From contig DAHUYE010000060.1 in assembly GCA_027315345.1 (NCBI GenBank), positions 99,949 through 163,948 of the forward strand: a stretch of 64,000 bases of DNA, written 5' to 3'. The stretch is from Actinomycetota bacterium (lineage in GTDB: Bacteria; Actinomycetota; Acidimicrobiia; Acidimicrobiales; JAJPHE01). The position numbers and the translations under genes were made by a program. Positions within the stretch are counted from its first letter, which is position 1, and each line of letters opens with the position of its first letter. Positions 8,784 through 16,346 of this stretch are shown piece by piece. The notes under the pieces are model-generated. The model had not been told where the DNA came from, made no database searches, and saw only the letters and a program-made list of their open reading frames with translations.

Positions 8784-10376
8784 GTGAACCCCCCCATCGA
8801 GAGGGAGCTCAAGCTCGACGTCAGCCTGGACTTCCACCTGCCGGACCTGACCACGGTGCCCGGGCTGTCGATGGTGACCAAGCCGGAGAAGACCCTGGTG
8901 GCCAGCTACTACGACACCGACGGCCTGGACCTGGCCCGCTGGGGAGCCACCCTGCGCTACCGGTCCAGCGGGTCATCGGGCGAGTGGACCGTCAAGCTGG
9001 ACCCGCCCGGTCAGGGGGACGGTGCCGGGGCGACCGCCGAGGAGTCCGCCACCACCGACCGCTACGAGATCGAGTTCGAGGCCGGCCCGGGCCGGGTGCC
9101 GCGCCGGGCTCTCGAGCTCACCAGTGGCCTGCGTCGGGGCCGGACCCTGGCCGTGGTGGCCGAGCTGACCACCGTGCGGCGCGCCCATCTCATCTTGGAC
9201 CCGGACGGCCGCCAGCTGGCCGAACTGGACGACGACACGGTGGAGTTCGTCACCACTGCCGAACCGGCTGGGCGGGGCAGCTTCCGGGAGATCGAAGTGG
9301 AACTTCTCCCGGCGCCATCGAGCACCGATCCTGCCGACGGCAACGGGCATGGGGAGGGCGCCGGCCCATCCACCTCGGACTGGACCCGTTCGCTGTACTC
9401 CCTGCTGTCCGCCTCGGGGGCCAGGCGCAACGACGGCACCCCCAAGCTGATGCGGGCCCTGGGAACCGTTCCGCCTCCGTTGAAAGCCTCAGCTGAGCTG
9501 AGCGGATCGGCCTCGCTGTCCGAACTGGTGGCGGCCACTTTGGAGACCAGCCTGCACCGCCTGCTGCGCCACGAGGTCGGGGTACGGCTGGGCCAGGACA
9601 TCGAGGACGTCCACCAGTGCCGGGTGGCCACCCGGAGGCTGCGGGCCGACCTGCGCACCCTCGCCACCGTCCTGGAGCCGGCCCCGGTGGCAGTGGTGGT
9701 GGAGGGCCTCCAGGCCCTGGGGGCGGCGCTGGGCGAAGTCCGCGATGCCGACGTTCTCGAACTCCGCCTCCGCTCGCTCGGCTCCCGGCTCGACTCCGCC
9801 GATGCGGCTGAGTTGGAGACCCTGCTCTCGGGCCTGAACCGGGAGCGGACTACCGCTCATCAACGCCTGATCCGACAGCTCGGCCGCGCCGATCACGGCC
9901 GGCTCATCGACGGTCTGTTCGATCTGATGGAGAAACCCCCGCTGCGGATTCCGGACCGGGCGGCCGCCGATACGGCCCGGGCCCTGGTGGCGGAGCGCTG
10001 GAACACCCTGGCCGAAGCGGTGGCCGACCTGCCCGACCGGGCCGCCGATGAACAGCTGCACAGCATCCGCAAGAAGGCCAAACGGTGCCGTTACGCTGCG
10101 GATATGGCCACCCCGGTCCTGGGTAAGAGGGCGCTGAGGTTGAGCAAGGCGGTGGCAGACGTGCAGGACATCCTGGGAGAGGTGCAGGATGCCGCTGTCG
10201 CCACCGCGTGGCTCCGCCGGTCGGCCCGGTCGGGTGGCCAGGGCCGGGCCCTGGTAGCCGGACAGCTGATCGGCATGGAGGCCTCCCGAGCGGTAGCGGC
10301 CCGCCGAGACTGGAGCCGGGCATGGAAGAAGACATCCCAGAAGGGGAGGGTGAAGTGGCTGGCCCCAAGTTCGTAA
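8784..10376 (+). CDS. CYTH-CHAD two-domain protein (triphosphate tunnel metalloenzyme plus polyphosphate-associated CHAD domain)
   Basis: N-terminal ExExK motif (ERELKLDV) typical of CYTH. The C-terminal helical region has repeated basic His/Arg motifs (HQCRVATRRLRADLR, LHSIRKKAKRCRYAAD) typical of CHAD. Confidence 0.85.
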   Translation: MNPPIERELKLDVSLDFHLPDLTTVPGLSMVTKPEKTLVASYYDTDGLDLARWGATLRYRSSGSSGEWTVKLDPPGQGDGAGATAEESATTDRYEIEFEAGPGRVPRRALELTSGLRRGRTLAVVAELTTVRRAHLILDPDGRQLAELDDDTVEFVTTAEPAGRGSFREIEVELLPAPSSTDPADGNGHGEGAGPSTSDWTRSLYSLLSASGARRNDGTPKLMRALGTVPPPLKASAELSGSASLSELVAATLETSLHRLLRHEVGVRLGQDIEDVHQCRVATRRLRADLRTLATVLEPAPVAVVVEGLQALGAALGEVRDADVLELRLRSLGSRLDSADAAELETLLSGLNRERTTAHQRLIRQLGRADHGRLIDGLFDLMEKPPLRIPDRAAADTARALVAERWNTLAEAVADLPDRAADEQLHSIRKKAKRCRYAADMATPVLGKRALRLSKAVADVQDILGEVQDAAVATAWLRRSARSGGQGRALVAGQLIGMEASRAVAARRDWSRAWKKTSQKGRVKWLAPSS

Positions 10377-10786
10377 GGGCGGCGGGTGGCGTCGTCTGGC
10401 GCCGGTCCCCCCAAGGCGCCATCGAGGTCCTCCTGGTCCACCGGCCCCGTTATGACGACTGGTCGCTGCCCAAGGGCAAGGTCGACCCCTCCGACCAGAC
10501 GGATGAGGACACCGCCCGGCGGGAGGTGGAGGAGGAAACCGGTCTGCGCTGCCGGCTGGGGGTGGAGCTCTCCTCCACCAGCTACGTGGACCGCCGGGGC
10601 CGGCCCAAGACCGTCCGCTACTGGGCCATGAAGCCGATCGGCGGCTCCTTCCAAGCCAACGATGAAGTCGATGAGATCCGTTGGGTCAACCCGGTCGAGG
10701 CCGAGGCCTGCCTCAGCTATCCGCGCGAGGCCCACGTCCTGGCCAGCTTCACCGCCTCCGTCGCCCCCCTGGTCCAAGCCGGCTGA
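10322..10786 (+). CDS. Nudix hydrolase
   Basis: Nudix box: GKVDPSDQTDEDTARREVEEETGL, preceded by LLVHRPRYDDWSLPKG. The ATG at 10322 is chosen as start and overlaps the CYTH-CHAD 3' end. Confidence 0.8.
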   Translation: MEEDIPEGEGEVAGPKFVRAAGGVVWRRSPQGAIEVLLVHRPRYDDWSLPKGKVDPSDQTDEDTARREVEEETGLRCRLGVELSSTSYVDRRGRPKTVRYWAMKPIGGSFQANDEVDEIRWVNPVEAEACLSYPREAHVLASFTASVAPLVQAG

Positions 10787-10834
10787 CGGTTCGTCCGGGC
10801 CCGGCGCCCTGATGACCGCCCCCCAGAAGCGACC

Positions 10835-11299
10835 ATGACCCTCGTCCTACTCCGCCACGCCAGCGCCGGGGACAGGAACCAGTGGGAGGGCGATGACCGC
10901 CGCCGGCCCCTGGATCCCAAAGGCCAGCGCCAGGCCGAAGCCGTGGTGGCCCTGCTGGACGAGTTCGAGGTGACCGCCATCCTCTCCAGCCCGGCCCGGC
11001 GCTGTGTGCAGACCGTGGAGCCCCTGGCCGAGGCCAGGGACCTCGGTATCGTTACCCAGGAGTCCCTGTGGGAGGACCGGGCCGCCGATTCCATCGCCCT
11101 GGTCATGTCCCTGGTCGGCACCGACACCGTGGTCTGCACCCACGGGGACAACATCCCTTCCATCCTCCAGCACCTGGCCGTCACCGAGGGCATCGAACTC
11201 GGGAGCCACCCGGACTGGAAGAAGGCCTCGTCCTGGGTGGTGGAGTCGGACGCAGAGCACTACCGCTCGGCCCGGTACCTCCCGCCTCCTCTGGTCTGA
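10835..11299 (+). CDS. SixA-like histidine phosphatase superfamily protein
   Basis: N-terminal LVLLRHASAG (RHG-type motif) and a downstream catalytic His (VCTHGDN). 154 aa. Confidence 0.75.
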   Translation: MTLVLLRHASAGDRNQWEGDDRRRPLDPKGQRQAEAVVALLDEFEVTAILSSPARRCVQTVEPLAEARDLGIVTQESLWEDRAADSIALVMSLVGTDTVVCTHGDNIPSILQHLAVTEGIELGSHPDWKKASSWVVESDAEHYRSARYLPPPLV

Positions 11300-11329
11300 C
11301 GCCCGACTCAGCGCCCACCCGGAAGCCAC

Positions 11330-11920
11330 CTATTTTACCACCGCTTCCACCCCGGTGGCCACGGCCAGGGCCAGGAGGACCGCCGCCCCCACCAGCCGGG
11401 CCTGGCGGGCAGAGAGAAGGCCGAGCAGACGCGGGCCCAGGATGACGGCCAGGGCCGCCACCGCCCACAGGGCGGCCAGGGCTCCCAGGCCGACGTTGAG
11501 GGGCGAGTGGTAGCGCAGGGCCAGGTTGGCGGTGATGACCTGGGTCAGGTCACCCCACTCGGCCACGAAGATCACGGTGGCGGCGGTGAGGATGGTGCGG
11601 CGCCGGGAGATGGCTCCGGCCACGGCCAGCTCTTCCTCCTCATCCTCCCGGGCCCTCCAGGCGTAGACGGCCGCGCCGAAGAAGAGAAGGGACGTGAGGG
11701 CCTCGACGGCCCGGGCCGGGAGCAGATGGAAGACGGCCACGCCCACCGAAACGGCTATGACCACGTGGACCAGGAAGGCCAGGGCAGCGCCGATCCAGAC
11801 CGACCCGGGCCGGCCCCGGGCCGAGAGGACCAGGGAGGCGAACATGGTCTTGTCCGGCAGTTCGCCCAGGAACACCAGCCCGAACACGGAGGCGATGACG
11901 GCCGGGTGCAGTCGCAACAC
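11330..11920 (-). CDS. GDT1/TMEM165 (UPF0016) family cation (Ca2+/Mn2+)/H+ transporter
   Basis: Two copies of the family signature E-x-G-D-[KR]-[TS] (ELPDKT and EWGDLTQ) separated by an acidic loop. About 6 predicted TM helices. Confidence 0.85.
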   Translation of the reverse strand: MLRLHPAVIASVFGLVFLGELPDKTMFASLVLSARGRPGSVWIGAALAFLVHVVIAVSVGVAVFHLLPARAVEALTSLLFFGAAVYAWRAREDEEEELAVAGAISRRRTILTAATVIFVAEWGDLTQVITANLALRYHSPLNVGLGALAALWAVAALAVILGPRLLGLLSARQARLVGAAVLLALAVATGVEAVVK

Positions 11921-11959
11921 CCCTGGAAGCTAAGCCGCCGCCGCCTAACCTGAGAATCG

Positions 11960-12868
11960 ATGACCGCCACCGACGCCACCTCCTCCGCCACCGGAGATTC
12001 GGTGGGCCGTGCCGCTTCCGGCTTCGCCGAGCGGTTCCGGGCGGCCCGGGCCGTCCACGGCCCCCTTGTCCTCGGCCTGGATCCCTCGGGCGAGTTACTC
12101 CGCTCCTGGGGGCTCAGCGATGACGCCGACGGGTTGGAACGCTTCGTGGACATCAGCGTGGAGGCGGCAGTGGGGGCGGTAGCCGTGACCAAGCCCCAGT
12201 CCGCCTTCTACGAACGCCGGGGCTGGGCGGGCATCCGGGCCCTGACCCGCCTGGTGGCCGAGTTGCGCCAGGCCGGCGTGCTGGTGCTGCTGGACGTGAA
12301 GCGGGGCGACGTCGGATCCACCAACCAGGCCTACGCCGAGGCCTATCTGGGCGCCGGTGCCCCCATCCCGGTGGACGCCATGACCCTCACGGCCTATCTC
12401 GGCCTGGAGGCCATGGACCCCTTCTTCGACCGGGCCCGGGCGGCGGGAGCGGGGTTGTTCATCGTCACCCGCTCGTCCAACCCGGAGGGCCGGGCCATCC
12501 AGACGGCGGCGGGAGCCGACGGTCTCAGCGTGGAGGCCGGGATGGTGGCGGCCCTGGGCCGGCTCAACCGGGGCGACGGTCACGACGGGTCGAGGGAGGG
12601 AGGGCTGGGGATGTTCGGGGCGGTCTTCGCCGCTTCCCACGACTATCCCGCTGACATCGATCTGGCCGCCATGAACGGGCTGTTCCTGGTCCCGGGCCTG
12701 GGGGCGCAGGGGACCACCCCGGCCGACGTGGCCGAGTGCTTCTCCGCCTGTCCCGAGCGGGCGCTGCCTTCCGCCTCCCGTTCCCTGCTGGCCGCCGGCC
12801 CGGACGCCGGCCGGTTGCGAGAGGCCATCCTGACCCTCGGGGCCGAGGTGAGCGCCGCCCTCGGATAG
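11960..12868 (+). CDS. pyrF: Orotidine 5'-phosphate decarboxylase, type 2
   Basis: Motifs LVLGLDPS, VKPQSAFYE and LLDVKRGDVGST. The ~300-aa length fits the actinobacterial type-2 enzyme. Confidence 0.85.
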   Translation: MTATDATSSATGDSVGRAASGFAERFRAARAVHGPLVLGLDPSGELLRSWGLSDDADGLERFVDISVEAAVGAVAVTKPQSAFYERRGWAGIRALTRLVAELRQAGVLVLLDVKRGDVGSTNQAYAEAYLGAGAPIPVDAMTLTAYLGLEAMDPFFDRARAAGAGLFIVTRSSNPEGRAIQTAAGADGLSVEAGMVAALGRLNRGDGHDGSREGGLGMFGAVFAASHDYPADIDLAAMNGLFLVPGLGAQGTTPADVAECFSACPERALPSASRSLLAAGPDAGRLREAILTLGAEVSAALG

Positions 12869-12977
12869 GTTCCGCCGCCGGCGCTACCGCGGTTGCCCGT
12901 GGTCACTCCCGGCGGTCGTGACCGCACCGGAGGTGATCCCAACCGGCAGGTACAACTTGAAGACACCTCCGAAAATA

Positions 12978-13035
12978 TTGAACTTTGTCGACTAGTGGTT
13001 TACAGATTGGATAACCACTAGACGACAAAGTTCAA
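12978..13035. terminator. AT-rich 23-bp inverted repeat (1 mismatch, 12-nt loop); probable intrinsic terminator between convergent genes
   Basis: Left arm 12978-13000 is TTGAACTTTGTCGACTAGTGGTT; right arm 13013-13035 is AACCACTAGACGACAAAGTTCAA. On the minus strand the hairpin is followed by AUAUUUUC. It lies between the pyrF stop (12868) and the stop of the minus-strand phosphatase gene (13118). Confidence 0.6.
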
Positions 13036-13117
13036 AATCCGGACCGGTGCGTTCATGTTGCATTCCCCCGTCCGCCCCACTCTCAGTGAGCAGCGCCCAC
13101 GGTGAGGCCGACTCATG

Positions 13118-13813
13118 TCAGGTGAGGGGCTCGGGCACCAGTGAAAACGTCGGGGACAGGTGGGCGGTGTCGTTGAAGCGCCGGATGATCCAGCGGTCTT
13201 TCATCACCACGATCTGGGAGATGGAGCCGTTGTCGGCCCCGATGAAGGCGAAAGCCCGGCTCTTGGCCACCTGCCGGATGATCTCTCCCACCACCCCGCC
13301 GTGGGTGAACACGGCCACCCGGCCGTCGGGATGGGCGGCGGCCACCCGCTCGATGCCGGCCCGGACCCGGGCCTCGAAGTCCTCGGCCCTCTCCCCGCCG
13401 GGGATGGCGTCCCATCGCTCCTCCCGCATCATGCGCATGGCGTCGGGATGACCTTCCACCACCCGCTTGCGGTAGATGCCGCCCTCCCATTCGCCCAGGT
13501 GGACCTCCCGCAGGTCGGCCTCGACCCTCGGCACCAGGCCGGTGAGCCGGGCTAGGGGGGCAGCCGTCTCGACCGTCCGGCGCAGGGTGGTCACGTAGAT
13601 GGCATCGATCCGCTCCAGGGCCAGACGGGCGCCGACCCGCTCGGCCTCCTCCCGACCCTCGGGGGCGAGAGGGGGGTCGCCCTGCCCACCCACCAGGGGG
13701 AAATCCTCGCCCTCCCGGTGGGGGGCGGACTCACCGTGGCGGACCAGCAGAATCTCGGTGGCTCCGGGCGGAGCCTGGAATTTGTGCTGGCGGTACTCGG
13801 TCTGATCGCTCAA
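13118..13813 (-). CDS. Histidine phosphatase (phosphoglycerate-mutase-like) family protein
   Basis: ILLVRHGES motif, later FTHGGV. The start is uncertain: TTG 13813 lies 10 nt after the upstream stop, and the ORF track allows ATG 13930. Confidence 0.75.
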   Translation of the reverse strand: MSDQTEYRQHKFQAPPGATEILLVRHGESAPHREGEDFPLVGGQGDPPLAPEGREEAERVGARLALERIDAIYVTTLRRTVETAAPLARLTGLVPRVEADLREVHLGEWEGGIYRKRVVEGHPDAMRMMREERWDAIPGGERAEDFEARVRAGIERVAAAHPDGRVAVFTHGGVVGEIIRQVAKSRAFAFIGADNGSISQIVVMKDRWIIRRFNDTAHLSPTFSLVPEPLT

Positions 13814-13823
13814 GACGGCGAAG

Positions 13824-14432
13824 TTACCCGGAGGGGGCCAGCAGGCCAGCCAGCCGGCCGGCCAGGTCATCGAGCTCATCCAGGGTGGAGCGGAAGGCCG
13901 ACATCGGGCCCCCGATCGGATCCTCGACATCGTCCTGGGGCGAGTTGCCCATCAGCTCCCGACGCCGGCGGCCCTGGGCCAGCCGGTCCAGCCACTCCGT
14001 CCGTGGCCCATCCGGCCCATCCGGCCCATCCGGGCCGTCCGGGCCGTCCGGGCCGACCGGACCGACCGCCTCGCCCCGCCGGACGATCTCTTTCAGGGTG
14101 AAGATGCGCCCGAAGGCGGATGGGACCAGCAGCACCGCCTCCCGCAGGTGCTCCCGGGCCATAGCCAGCACCAGGTCCGAGCCCTCGATGAGCGGGGCCA
14201 CCAGGCGCCGGCTGCGGTGGCCGGACAGGTCGATGCCCCGGGCGGAGAGCAGAGCCACCACCTCGGGAGCAGCCGGGTGCCCGTCTTCCAGCAGCCCGGC
14301 CGAGGAGACCACCGCGTCCCGGCCCCGTTTCTCCAGGTGATGGCGCAGCAGGGCCTCGGCCATGGGGGACCGGCACATGTTGGCGGTGCAGACGGTCAGG
14401 ATGCGCCAGACCGGCGGGTCGGAGCCGATCAG
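13824..14432 (-). CDS. Low-molecular-weight protein tyrosine phosphatase with a (Gly-Pro-Asp/Val)7 insertion; probable CTG start
   Basis: P-loop VCTANMCRSP (CX5R) and D-loop EDPIGG. The catalytic Cys lies 4 codons upstream of the first ATG (14378). The in-frame CTG at 14432 overlaps the malic-enzyme TGA (CTGA). Confidence 0.7.
   Translation of the reverse strand: MIGSDPPVWRILTVCTANMCRSPMAEALLRHHLEKRGRDAVVSSAGLLEDGHPAAPEVVALLSARGIDLSGHRSRRLVAPLIEGSDLVLAMAREHLREAVLLVPSAFGRIFTLKEIVRRGEAVGPVGPDGPDGPDGPDGPDGPRTEWLDRLAQGRRRRELMGNSPQDDVEDPIGGPMSAFRSTLDELDDLAGRLAGLLAPSG
14005..14067. repeat. Seven tandem 9-bp units inside the LMW-PTP gene, encoding GP(D/V) repeats
   Basis: ggcccatcc x3, gggccgtcc x2, gggccgacc and ggaccgacc read directly. 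The region translates on the minus strand to VGPVGPDGPDGPDGPDGPDGP. Confidence 0.9.
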
Positions 14433-15835
14433 ACGGCCCGCACCACGCCGGCGGCCCGGGCCGCCTTGGCCACCGCCTCGGCCACGGCCGGGCCGACCCG
14501 CTTATCGAAGACGCTGGGCACGATGTAGCTGGCCGAGAGCTGGTCCTCCTCCACCACCCCGGCTATCGCCTCGGCGGCGGCCAGCTTCATGGTCTCGGTG
14601 ATGTCGGTGGCCGAGGCATCCAGGGCGCCCCGGAAGATGCCCGGGAAGCACAGCACGTTGTTGATCTGGTTGGGGTAGTCGCTGCGCCCGGTGGCGATGA
14701 CCGAGGCGATGCCCTCAGCTTCCTCCGGGCGTATCTCGGGGTCCGGGTTGGCCAGGGCGAAGATGATGGGATCGGAGGCCATGGTCCGGATGTCCTCGGC
14801 GCCGACCAGGCCCGGCCCGCTGACCCCGACCAGCACGTCGGCCCCCCGCAGCACCTCCTTCAGGCTGCCGGTTCGCCCCTCGGCATTGGTGTGCTCGGCC
14901 AGCCACTGCTTCGAGACGTCCAGCGGGCCCCGGCCCTGGTGGATGGCCCCGGTGCGGTCCACGGCCACCACCGGGCCGACTCCGGCTTCGAGCAGGATCT
15001 TGGCGATGGCCACCCCGGCGGCGCCGGCCCCGGCTATGACCACCGACAGGTCCCCGATCTTGCGGTCCACCACCTTGAGGGCATTCCAAAGGGCGGCCAG
15101 AACCACCACGGCCGTGCCGTGCTGGTCATCGTGGAAGACGGGAATGTCCAGGCTGGCCTTGAGCCGCTCCTCCACCTCGAAGCAGCGGGGGGCGGCCACG
15201 TCCTCCAGGTTCACTCCACCGAAGACGGGAGCCATCCGCTCCACCGTCTCCACCAACTCATCGGCGGAGGACACGTCCAGGCAGACCGGGAAGGCGTCGA
15301 TGCCGGCGAACTCCCGGAACAGCTGGGCCTTCCCTTCCATGACGGGCAGGGCCGCCAGTGGCCCGATGTCGCCCAGCCCCAGCACGGCGGTGCCGTCGGT
15401 CACCACCGCCACCGAGTTGGACTTGATAGTGAGGCGGTGGGCCAGGCGGGGGTCATCGTGGATGGCCATGCACACCCGGGCCACGCCGGGCGTGTAAGCC
15501 ATGGACAGGTCGTCCCGGCTGGTCAGGGCGGCCTTGGACCGCACCGTGATCTTGCCCCCCTCGTGGAGGGCGAAAGTGCGGTCGGTGACGCTGTGCAGCT
15601 TCACCCCCTCGATGGACTCGACCCGGGCGGCGATGGAACGGGCATGGTCCTCGTCCCCGGCCAGCACGGTCACGTCCCGCACCATGCGGCCACCGGTGAC
15701 CTCGATGATGTCCAGGCCGGCGATATTCCCCCCCGCCTCTCCGATGGCGGTGGCTATGCGCCCCAGGGAACCCGGACGGTTGTCCACCTCCACCCGGATG
15801 GTGATGGAGAAAGCGGAGTTGGGCGTTGACGCCAT
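14429..15835 (-). CDS. NAD(P)-dependent malic enzyme with N-terminal ACT domain
   Basis: The N-terminal ACT-like segment (ITIRVEVDNRPGSLGRIATAIGEAGGNI) is followed by malic-enzyme motifs (LSMAYTPGVARVC, GAGAAGVAI). Confidence 0.9.
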   Translation of the reverse strand: MASTPNSAFSITIRVEVDNRPGSLGRIATAIGEAGGNIAGLDIIEVTGGRMVRDVTVLAGDEDHARSIAARVESIEGVKLHSVTDRTFALHEGGKITVRSKAALTSRDDLSMAYTPGVARVCMAIHDDPRLAHRLTIKSNSVAVVTDGTAVLGLGDIGPLAALPVMEGKAQLFREFAGIDAFPVCLDVSSADELVETVERMAPVFGGVNLEDVAAPRCFEVEERLKASLDIPVFHDDQHGTAVVVLAALWNALKVVDRKIGDLSVVIAGAGAAGVAIAKILLEAGVGPVVAVDRTGAIHQGRGPLDVSKQWLAEHTNAEGRTGSLKEVLRGADVLVGVSGPGLVGAEDIRTMASDPIIFALANPDPEIRPEEAEGIASVIATGRSDYPNQINNVLCFPGIFRGALDASATDITETMKLAAAEAIAGVVEEDQLSASYIVPSVFDKRVGPAVAEAVAKAARAAGVVRAV

Positions 15836-15952
15836 CCCCCGAAGCTATCCAGCCACGGGGGCGGCCCGTTAATCAGGCCGTGCTGCCGGTCGGCGGTCAG
15901 GAGGCGGGAGCAGGGACCAGGACCCCCACCACCCTGACAACCGGACTCCGGT

Positions 15953-16183
15953 TCAGACCTCTTCGGTGTGCATCTCCTCCAGGCAGCGGGCGATCTCGGA
16001 GGACTTGAAGCGGCGGTGTCCCCCCAGGGTCCGGATGGCGGTGATCTTGCCCGCCCGAGCCCAGCGGGTCACGGTCTTAGGGTTGACCCTGAACATGGCC
16101 GCCACTTCGGCGGGGGTCAAGAGTGCATCTTTCTGATTCTGATCGGCCATTTGTCTGTTCTGCTCCTGTGTTGCCCCGGACAC
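15953..16183 (-). CDS. bldC: BldC-family small MerR/excisionase-like DNA-binding regulator
   Basis: LLTPAEVAAMFRVNPKTVTRWARAGKITAIRTLGGHRRF is near-identical in pattern to Streptomyces BldC. 76 aa. Confidence 0.85.
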   Translation of the reverse strand: MSGATQEQNRQMADQNQKDALLTPAEVAAMFRVNPKTVTRWARAGKITAIRTLGGHRRFKSSEIARCLEEMHTEEV

Positions 16184-16249
16184 GAACGTGCCGAAGTCCC
16201 TACATAGAGGAAGGTACGGACATAACGCACCGATATCGATAGTCAGAAC

Positions 16250-16266
16250 GTGTCAATTGGTGTCAA
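16250..16266. promoter_or_regulatory. Two direct GTGTCAA repeats at 10-bp spacing (TTGACAC on the bldC strand) in the bldC upstream region
   Basis: gtgtcaa (16250-16256), ttg, gtgtcaa (16260-16266). The repeats lie in a locally AT-richer stretch 67-83 nt upstream of the bldC ATG. Each contains a TTGACA -35-like hexamer. Confidence 0.3.
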
Positions 16267-16346
16267 CCCGGTATCTAGTCACCCAGGTCGGGACAATCCC
16301 CCCGGCCCCGCCTCCGCCGGGCTTCCCGGCCGCCTCAGTCGAGGCC

